The position numbers and the translations under genes are program-made. Below are positions 26,133 to 32,000 of a DNA stretch of 32,000 nucleotides, one piece after another. The notes below the pieces were generated by a model. The model saw only the letters and a program-made list of their open reading frames with translations. It ran no database searches and had not been told where the DNA came from. The DNA comes from Delftia acidovorans NBRC 14950. GTDB lineage: Bacteria > Pseudomonadota > Gammaproteobacteria > Burkholderiales > Burkholderiaceae_C. The first letter of the stretch is position 1. Each line of letters opens with the position of its first letter. Where the stretch lies: the NCBI RefSeq assembly GCF_001598795.1, contig NZ_BCZP01000003.1:210001-242000 (forward strand). Direction: 5' to 3'.

Positions 26133-26705
26133 ATGCGCTTTTCCTCCACGCTGACCACCATCGCCCTGGCCGCTGCGGCCCTGGCTTCCCAAGCGGCACT
26201 GGCCGAGCAAAAGCTCGTCCCCGCCCAGAGCGCCGTGAACTTCACGGCCAAGCAGATGGGCGTGCCCCTGCAGGGCCACTTCAAGAAGTTCGATGCCCAG
26301 GTCCAGTTCGACACGGCCAAGCCCGACACCAGCAAGATCCGCTTCACCGTGGACACCGGCAGCGCCACCATGGGCGCCAAGGAAACCGACGCCGAACTGC
26401 CCAAGGCGGATTGGTTCAACGTCGCCAAATTCCCGCAGGCCGTGTTCGACTCCACCGCCGTCAAGGCGCTGGGCGGCGGCAAGTACCAGGTGGACGGCAA
26501 GCTCAGCATCAAGGGCCAGGTCCAGAACGTGAGCATTCCCGTGCAACTGGCCCAGTCCGGCACCACGACCACGGCCACCGGCACGCTGCCGCTCAAGCGC
26601 CTGCAATTCAAGATCGGCGAAGGCGAATGGGGCGATACCTCCATGGTGGCCGACGAGGTGCAGGTGCAGTTCAAGCTGGCATTGACCGGCGTGGGCAAGC
26701 TGTAA
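26133..26705 (+). CDS. YceI-family periplasmic lipid/polyisoprenoid-binding protein, copy 1
   Basis: Signal peptide MRFSSTLTTIALAAAALASQAALA|E. YceI blocks S.V.F..KQMGVP..G.F..F and ...WFNVAKFPQAVF.S. TAGGAG Shine-Dalgarno. Confidence 0.9.
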   Translation: MRFSSTLTTIALAAAALASQAALAEQKLVPAQSAVNFTAKQMGVPLQGHFKKFDAQVQFDTAKPDTSKIRFTVDTGSATMGAKETDAELPKADWFNVAKFPQAVFDSTAVKALGGGKYQVDGKLSIKGQVQNVSIPVQLAQSGTTTTATGTLPLKRLQFKIGEGEWGDTSMVADEVQVQFKLALTGVGKL

Positions 26706-26774
26706 GCCGCGTCCCTGCCCAAGATCGGCCATTTTCTTTCCCGTTTCGTGCAACCCCAACCTAGGAGTTCTTTC

Positions 26775-27353
26775 ATGCGCACTTCCGTGTTTGCCCTGGC
26801 CATTGCCGGCCTGTTTGCCACCGCTGTCCAGGCTGCTCCCGCAACCTACGCCATCGACCCGACGCACACCTTCGCCACGTTCGAGATCGACCACAACGGC
26901 GCCTCGACCAACCGCGTGCGCTTCGACAAGAAGAGCGGCACCGTGGAATTCGACCGTGACGCCAAGGCCGGCAAGGTCGAAGTCGTGCTGGAAATGGAAT
27001 CGCTGAGCTCGGGCACCGCCGCCTTCGACAAGCACCTCAAGAGCGCCGACATCTTCAACGTGGCCAAGTTCCCCCAGGCCAAGTTCGTCTCCGACAAGTT
27101 CGTCTTCGACGGCGACAAGCTCAAGGAAGTCACCGGCCACCTGACCATCCTGGACAAGACCCAGCCCGTGACCATCAAGGCCAACAAGTTCACCTGCTAC
27201 CCCAACGCCATGCTGCAAAAGCGCGAGACCTGCGGCGGCGACTTCGAAGCCGTGATCGACCGCACCGCCTTCGGCGTGAACTACGGCGTGGACTATGGCT
27301 TCCCCAAGCAAGTGCGCCTGGTGATGTCCATCGAAGCGGTCAAGCAGCAGTAA
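26775..27353 (+). CDS. YceI-family periplasmic protein, copy 2
   Basis: Signal peptide MRTSVFALAIAGLFATAVQA|A, YAIDPTHTFATFEIDHNG and ...FNVAKFPQAKF. TAGGAG lies 8 nt upstream of the ATG at 26775 (track ORF from 26748). Confidence 0.9.
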   Translation: MRTSVFALAIAGLFATAVQAAPATYAIDPTHTFATFEIDHNGASTNRVRFDKKSGTVEFDRDAKAGKVEVVLEMESLSSGTAAFDKHLKSADIFNVAKFPQAKFVSDKFVFDGDKLKEVTGHLTILDKTQPVTIKANKFTCYPNAMLQKRETCGGDFEAVIDRTAFGVNYGVDYGFPKQVRLVMSIEAVKQQ

Positions 27354-27396
27354 ATCCGCATTCGCCGCAGTGCCTTTCAGGGCGCTGCCGCCCAAA

Positions 27397-27432
27397 GCCC
27401 GTGATCCGCAAGCCGGTCACGGGCTTTTTTTT
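27397..27432 (+). terminator. Rho-independent terminator of the cytochrome b561-yceI-yceI unit
   Basis: GCCCGTGA-(12-nt loop)-TCACGGGC followed by eight T. Confidence 0.8.
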
Positions 27433-27664
27433 GCCTTTTCTGAATTCCCGGAAAAGACCTTGCCAATGCCCTCCATTCGCACCCGCTCCACAGAGGAACA
27501 GCGGGCACATTGGCGGCCTTTGCAAATGCATCAAATTGATAGCGATTTCACGGTCATTGAGAAGTCGCAGCATAACGATTCCTCGATATCGATAGATACA
27601 AATAGACATACTCCAAAAAACTTACTTTAAATTTCATTTTCCGATCACTCCCTGGCATTCACCC
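27433..27664 (+). promoter_or_regulatory. AT-rich upstream region of the giant repeat-protein gene
   Basis: I counted 52 G+C in the 140 nt at 27521-27660 (about 37%), in a window that is otherwise about two-thirds G+C. Contains the palindrome TCGATATCGA (27583-27592). No clear Shine-Dalgarno before the ATG at 27665. Confidence 0.4.
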
Positions 27665-30600
27665 ATGAAGCAGATCTCCATTGCCCCCGCCGTTGTCGCC
27701 GCCATTGCCGCCCATTCATTCCCAATGGCCGCCAATGCCCAGAGCATCACGGTCGCTCCGGCTGCCGCCGTCGCGGCAACCGCGATTCCGGTGGACAACC
27801 CTTGGAGTCTGTTGGCCCTTGCCATAGGGCTGGCCATGGCCGCCTGGCTGGTGCTGCGCAACCGGCAGCACCGGGCGCTCTTCATGGCGCTGTGCACCAG
27901 CGCCATCGTGTGCGCCACGCTGTGGCACAGCCCCGATCTGCGTGCCCAATTGACGGGCAGCTTTACCAACCCGGCGGGCGAGACACGGCCATTGCTCGTT
28001 GCGCAAATTGTCAATGGCGGCAATATCAATGGATTTTCTGCAGAAGATTTCACCAATGATTCCGGTGTGGCACTGAAAATCACCGCCATTCAGCCACCGA
28101 ATTTGAATCAGTGTTTTCCCTCGGGCTTCACCCATCTCATGCCGCCAGGGGCACCGCCCGCATCGCCCCCGCCTCTTTGCGCCGTGGGCAACACCATTGC
28201 GCCCAATGGCACATGCCGGGTGAATGTGGAAACCATTTGCCGCGCCGAGGCAGCCCAGGCCACGGCCGGCGCCAGCCCCACCACGCTCAGCGTTCCCGGC
28301 GCCGGCCTGTCATTTGCCGCAGGCAGCACCGGCACGGTGAACGTCAGCAACAGCGGCGGCTCGGCAGCGCTCAATGTGCAGGCCACCATTCCCGCAGGCA
28401 GCGGCATCACCATCTCCTCCAACAGCTGCGCGGCAACACTGCCTGCGGGCTCCAGCTGCGCCATCACCCTGACGGCACCCGCAGCGGAAGGCCCGACCAC
28501 CGTCAGCATTGCCGGCAGCAACGCCGCAGCCACCACCACCCCGGTCACCGTGACAGGTGGCCCGGCCCCGACCACCACGCTGAGCATTCCCGCCACGCCG
28601 CTGTCGTTTGCGGCGGGCAGCACGGGATCGGTGACCATCACCAACAGCGGCGGCGCAAATGCGCTCAATGTGCAGGCCAGCATTCCTGCGGGCAGTGGCA
28701 TCACGGTGTCCAACACCACCTGCCCTGCCGCCCTGGCACCCTCTGCCAACTGCACGATCACGTTGACCGCCCCCTCGGCGGAAGGCCCGACCGCCATCGG
28801 CTTCGGCGGCAGCAATACGGCGTCCACTTCCGTGCCGGTCACGGTGTCGGCAACCGGCACGCCCACCACGCTGAACATTCCTGCGACGTCCGTGTCCTTC
28901 GGAGCGGGCGGCGCCGGCTCGGTGACCATCACCAACAGCGGCAGCGCACCTGCGCTCAATGTGCAGGCCGGCATTCCAGGGGGCAGTGGCATCACGGTGT
29001 CCAACACCACCTGCTCCGCCATCCTGGCTCCCTCGGCCAGCTGCACGATCACGCTGACAGCCCCCTCGGCGGAAGGCCCGACCCCCATCGGCTTCGGCGG
29101 CAGCAACACGGCTTCCACGTCCGTGCCCGTCACGGTGACGACTGCCGTCCTGCCCGCCACGCTGACCATTCCCTTGGCGTCCCTGTCCTTCGGAGCGAAC
29201 GGTGCTGGCTCGGTGACCATCACCAACAGCGGCAGCGCACCTGCGTTCAATGTGCAGGCCAGCATTCCGGCGGGCAGTGGCATCACGGTGTCCAACACCA
29301 CCTGCGCCGCCATCCTGGCTCCCTCGGCCAATTGCACGATCACGTTGACTGCCCCTTCGGCCGAGGGCCCGACCAACATCGGCTTCGGCGGCAGCAATGC
29401 GCCCGCCGCTACCGCACAGGTCACGGTCACCGCACCCGTCGCGCCAACCGCGCCTACCGTTCCCCCTGCACCCGTGCTGTTCGGCGCCTACGGCGCAGGC
29501 TCGGTGACCATCACCAACAACGGAACGGCGCCCGCGTTCAACCTGCGGGCCATCATTCCGGTCGGCAGCGGCATCATGGTGGCCTCCTCCACCTGCCCGG
29601 CGTCACTGCCGGTGGGCGCAAGCTGCACCATCACACTGACGGCGGCAGGACCGGAAGGCCCCACGAACATCAGCGTTGGCGGCAGCAACACGCCGGCCAC
29701 GGCCGTGCCTGTGACAGTGACTGTCCCCGTCACGCCGACTACGCTGAACATTCCCACCACCCCCGTCTCCTTCGGCACTGGCGGTGCAGGCTCGGTGACC
29801 ATCAACAACGGTGGAAGCGCACCCGCGTTCAACGTACAGGCCAACATTCCGGCCGGCAGCGGCATCACGGTGTCCAACTCCACCTGCGCCGCCATCCTGG
29901 CCCCCGCTGCCAGCTGCACGATCACGCTGACGGCCGCTGCGGCCGAAGGTCCGACCGCCATCAGCTTCGGCGGCAGCAACACGCCGGCCACGACCGTGCC
30001 GATCACGGTGACAGCCCCCGTCGCACCCACCACGCTGAACATTCCCACGACCCCCCTGTCGTTCGGCACCAGCGGCGCAGGCGCGATCACCATCGTCAAC
30101 AACGGAACTGCACCCGCGTTCAATGTGCAGGCCACCATTCCGGCCGGCAGCGGCATCGCGGTGTCCAACACCACCTGCCCCGCCATCCTGGCCCCCGCTG
30201 CCAGCTGCACGATCACGCTGACGGCCACTGCGGCCGAAGGTCCGACCGCCATCAGCTTCGGCGGCACCAACACACCGGCGACGACGGTGCAGGTCACGGT
30301 GACGGCCCCCGTCACGCCGACCACGCTGGACATTCCCGCCGCACCCGTGTCGTTTGGCACCAGCGGAGCGGGCACGGTGACCATCACCAACAACGGGTCC
30401 GCACCGGCGTTCAACGTGCAAGCCACCATTCCGGTCGGCAGCGGCATCACGGTGGCGTCCAGCACCTGCCCTATCTCCCTGCCCCCCGGGGCCGACTGCA
30501 CGATCACGCTGACGGCTGCGGCCGCAGAAGGCCCGACCGCGGTCAGCTTTGGCGGCAGCAACACGCCCACCACGACCGTGCAGGTCACGGTGACGGTGCC

Positions 30601-31855
30601 CGTTCCCACCGCCACGCTCTCGATACCCGGCGCTCCGCTGTCGTTCGCTGCGGGCGGTTCGACAACGGTCCTTATCAGCAACACCGGCGCTTCTGCGGCC
30701 TTCAACGTGACCGCCACGGCGCCGGCCGGTAGCGGAATCACCGTGCAGTCGAACACGTGCGGTGCCGCACTCGCCTCTCTGGCCAGCTGCGGCATCACCC
30801 TGACTGCGGCCGCCGCCGAAGGCCCCACGGCCATCAGCTTCGGCGGCAGCAATACGCTGGCCACGACCGTGCCGGTCACGGTGACGGCGCCCGTCACGCC
30901 GACCACGCTGGGTATGTCCACCACGCCCGTGTCGTTCAACACAGGGGCAACGGGCTGGGTGACCATCACCAACAACGGTGGGGCCCCTGCGCTCGACGTT
31001 CAGGCCACGATTCCGGTAGGCAGCAGCATCACGGTGTCGGCCAACACCTGTGGTTCATCGCTGGCAGCGGGGGCCAATTGCACGATCACGCTGACTGGAG
31101 CCACACCGGAAGGTCCGACGGCCATCAGCTTCGCTGGCAGCAATACCCCGGCAACGTCCGTGCAGTTCACCGTGACGGCGCCCAGCACCACGACCACGCT
31201 GGGGATCTCTGCACCAACTCTGACGATTGCTTCTGGCGGCACAGGCTCCGTGACCATCACCAACACGGGATCGAATGCCGCCACCGGCATCGGCGCCACC
31301 ATCCCCGGCGGCAGTGGGCTGTCCGTTTCCGGCAACACCTGCGGGCTGTCGCTGCCGGCCGGGGGGACCTGCACGGTGACCTTCACCGCAGGTGCGGACG
31401 AGGGGCCGACCAATGTCACCATCCAGGGCAGCAACACCGACACCGCAGCCTTGTCGATCACGGTCTCGGGTTCCATCGACATTGGCGCCTACCACCTCGA
31501 TGGCAGCTGTGGTGTGCTTGGCGTCCTTGGCCCCGGCTTCACCCTCACGGCAGGCTCTGCGCCGCTTCCCGTCGGCACCACGGTGACCATCACCGGTTCG
31601 GGAGTTGCCAACATCGGTGTGTTCAGTGTGACGGGAGGCACAGCCAGTGTGTCGGTGCTTTCCCCAACCTCCCGCCAGGTCACCCTGACCTCGGCACTGC
31701 CGGCAGGGGCCACGATCGCGTTCAGAACCACGCTGTCCATCAGCGTCGCCTTCACGCTGAATGGCTCGACGACGCTGCCCAACGGCTATGCGGGCACAGG
31801 CGGGAAGCCCGCTGGCAGCGTGAGTTCCACGCTCATTCTCTGCAGCGCCACCTGA
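27665..31855 (+). CDS. 1396-aa secreted/surface repeat protein: signal peptide, N-proximal IPTL-CTERM-like sorting signal, second TM helix, 11 tandem ~97-aa modules, unique 126-aa C-terminal domain
   Basis: Single uninterrupted ORF with strong in-frame periodicity. Signal peptide MKQISIAPAVVAAIAAHSFPMAANA|QS. Details are given in the sub-features and findings. The other long ORFs across this span (both strands) are repeat-driven artefacts. Confidence 0.85.
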   Translation: MKQISIAPAVVAAIAAHSFPMAANAQSITVAPAAAVAATAIPVDNPWSLLALAIGLAMAAWLVLRNRQHRALFMALCTSAIVCATLWHSPDLRAQLTGSFTNPAGETRPLLVAQIVNGGNINGFSAEDFTNDSGVALKITAIQPPNLNQCFPSGFTHLMPPGAPPASPPPLCAVGNTIAPNGTCRVNVETICRAEAAQATAGASPTTLSVPGAGLSFAAGSTGTVNVSNSGGSAALNVQATIPAGSGITISSNSCAATLPAGSSCAITLTAPAAEGPTTVSIAGSNAAATTTPVTVTGGPAPTTTLSIPATPLSFAAGSTGSVTITNSGGANALNVQASIPAGSGITVSNTTCPAALAPSANCTITLTAPSAEGPTAIGFGGSNTASTSVPVTVSATGTPTTLNIPATSVSFGAGGAGSVTITNSGSAPALNVQAGIPGGSGITVSNTTCSAILAPSASCTITLTAPSAEGPTPIGFGGSNTASTSVPVTVTTAVLPATLTIPLASLSFGANGAGSVTITNSGSAPAFNVQASIPAGSGITVSNTTCAAILAPSANCTITLTAPSAEGPTNIGFGGSNAPAATAQVTVTAPVAPTAPTVPPAPVLFGAYGAGSVTITNNGTAPAFNLRAIIPVGSGIMVASSTCPASLPVGASCTITLTAAGPEGPTNISVGGSNTPATAVPVTVTVPVTPTTLNIPTTPVSFGTGGAGSVTINNGGSAPAFNVQANIPAGSGITVSNSTCAAILAPAASCTITLTAAAAEGPTAISFGGSNTPATTVPITVTAPVAPTTLNIPTTPLSFGTSGAGAITIVNNGTAPAFNVQATIPAGSGIAVSNTTCPAILAPAASCTITLTATAAEGPTAISFGGTNTPATTVQVTVTAPVTPTTLDIPAAPVSFGTSGAGTVTITNNGSAPAFNVQATIPVGSGITVASSTCPISLPPGADCTITLTAAAAEGPTAVSFGGSNTPTTTVQVTVTVPVPTATLSIPGAPLSFAAGGSTTVLISNTGASAAFNVTATAPAGSGITVQSNTCGAALASLASCGITLTAAAAEGPTAISFGGSNTLATTVPVTVTAPVTPTTLGMSTTPVSFNTGATGWVTITNNGGAPALDVQATIPVGSSITVSANTCGSSLAAGANCTITLTGATPEGPTAISFAGSNTPATSVQFTVTAPSTTTTLGISAPTLTIASGGTGSVTITNTGSNAATGIGATIPGGSGLSVSGNTCGLSLPAGGTCTVTFTAGADEGPTNVTIQGSNTDTAALSITVSGSIDIGAYHLDGSCGVLGVLGPGFTLTAGSAPLPVGTTVTITGSGVANIGVFSVTGGTASVSVLSPTSRQVTLTSALPAGATIAFRTTLSISVAFTLNGSTTLPNGYAGTGGKPAGSVSSTLILCSAT
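27785..27874 (+). other. Internal exosortase-type sorting signal (IPTLxxWG-like motif + TM helix + basic cluster), residues 41-70
   Basis: IPVDNPW-SLLALAIGLAMAAWLVL-RNRQHR. It is immediately followed by a second hydrophobic helix, ALFMALCTSAIVCATLW (residues 71-87, to nt 27925). Confidence 0.6.
28286..31474 (+). repeat. 11 in-frame tandem repeats of ~291 bp (97 aa) inside the giant CDS
   Basis: Module consensus: L.IP..P(L/V)SFG..G.GSVTITN.G.APA(L/F)NVQA.IP.GSGITVSNTTC.A.LAP.A.CTITLTA.(A)AEGPT.I.FGGSNT.AT.V.VTVT.PV.PTT. The 45-nt string gccatcctggcccccgctgccagctgcacgatcacgctgacggcc is identical at 29891-29935 and 30182-30226, an offset of exactly 291. Confidence 0.95.
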
Positions 31856-31898
31856 TTGCAGGCGCTACGGCAATACCCGGAAACCTCAGCGTCGGCAA

Positions 31899-31927
31899 GG
31901 CGGGGCCTCGAAGGCCCCGCCTTTTTT
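31899..31927 (+). terminator. Rho-independent terminator of the giant gene
   Basis: GGCGGGGCC-TCGAA-GGCCCCGCC followed by TTTTTT, 43 nt after the stop codon. Confidence 0.85.
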
Positions 31928-32000
31928 CTGTCCATCCCGCACCACACCTGCCAGCCTGCGCACCCCTTGCTCGATGGCCTGCGGCTGCAGGCTCGCATAG

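Noticed and set aside
25449-27395. 648-aa minus-strand ORF. Likewise 22475-23980 (-), 23652-25268 (-), 7576-9513 (+), 9504-10676 (+), 11211-12581 (-), 4831-5964 (+) and 20831-22090 (-).
   Set aside because: All are antisense to genes with strong family-level identity (cyt b561/yceI, hemX/hemY, dxs, ispA, Rieske oxygenase, TRAP SBP, hemC). No independent support.
27370-27630. 86-aa ORF (or a 54-aa sub-ORF from the ATG at 27466) in the AT-rich island.
   Set aside because: It runs through the yceI terminator hairpin, has no ribosome-binding site and no recognisable motif. A small protein cannot be excluded but is unsupported.
27605-27650. Possible sigma-28 (flagellar) promoter, TAAA...CCGATCAC, upstream of the giant gene.
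   Set aside because: The spacing between TAAA and CCGAT is about 9 nt instead of the ~15 nt needed for the TAAAGTTT-N11-GCCGATAA consensus. At the correct spacing the -35 match is only 4 of 8.
28108-30975. Long ORFs in other frames and on the other strand across the repeat array: 28111-30732 (+), 873 aa; 28108-29430 (-), 440 aa; 29488-30975 (-), 495 aa; plus 29603-30421 (-) and 31000-31482 (-).
   Set aside because: They are by-products of a GC-rich, stop-poor 291-bp repeat. Their translations are Arg/Gly/His- or Val/Pro-rich low-complexity strings with no start context. Only the 27665-31855 frame has a signal peptide, module structure, a sensible composition and a flanking terminator.
28286-31474. 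Possibility that the regular repeat array is a CRISPR array or non-coding satellite.
   Set aside because: The period is 291 bp with no short repeat/unique spacer alternation. The array is an exact multiple of three, is in frame and encodes a conserved protein module.
31786-31998. 70-aa minus-strand ORF at the right edge; also a possible 3' end of a minus-strand gene entering from beyond 32000.
   Set aside because: It reads through the terminator hairpin and antisense into the end of the giant gene, and there is too little sequence to recognise any family. The hairpin plus T-tract orientation fits termination of the plus-strand gene.

Overview
High-GC segment (roughly two-thirds G+C by eye). 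Gene content and protein sequences look like a betaproteobacterium of the Burkholderiales/Comamonadaceae type; the genus cannot be determined from this window. Most of it is ordinary chromosomal backbone. Left to right: (1) the start of a CoxS/CoxL-like molybdo-iron-sulfur oxidoreductase on the minus strand. (2) A divergent GAF + Fis-HTH regulator. (3) A TRAP transporter: small and unusually long large permease on the plus strand, plus two paralogous Tat-signal substrate-binding proteins on the minus strand. (4) The classical xseB-ispA-dxs cluster (minus). (5) An orphan Rieske oxygenase, an EamA/DMT transporter and a two-domain rhodanese (3-mercaptopyruvate sulfurtransferase type). (6) The flagellar master operon flhDC, convergent with a gene encoding a PTS-EIIC-like membrane domain fused to an EAL domain. 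(7) ppc (minus), then hemC-hemD-hemX-hemY. (8) A cytochrome b561 gene followed by two YceI genes. The only clearly accessory-looking locus is at the right end. A 37% GC island precedes a 4.2-kb gene for a 1396-aa almost uncharged protein with 11 tandem 97-aa (291-bp) modules. This protein carries an exosortase-type IPTL-CTERM-like sorting signal (motif + TM helix + Arg cluster) close to its N-terminus instead of at the C-terminus. I consider that the most interesting object here. The EIIC-EAL fusion beside flhDC is second. Third is a ~90-bp structured repeat found upstream of both TRAP binding-protein paralogues. I found no tRNA/rRNA genes, CRISPR arrays, transposases or integrases. Many long ORFs in the supplied track are antisense or alternate-frame artefacts of the high GC content. 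All functional calls come from my own recognition of protein motifs; no database search was possible.
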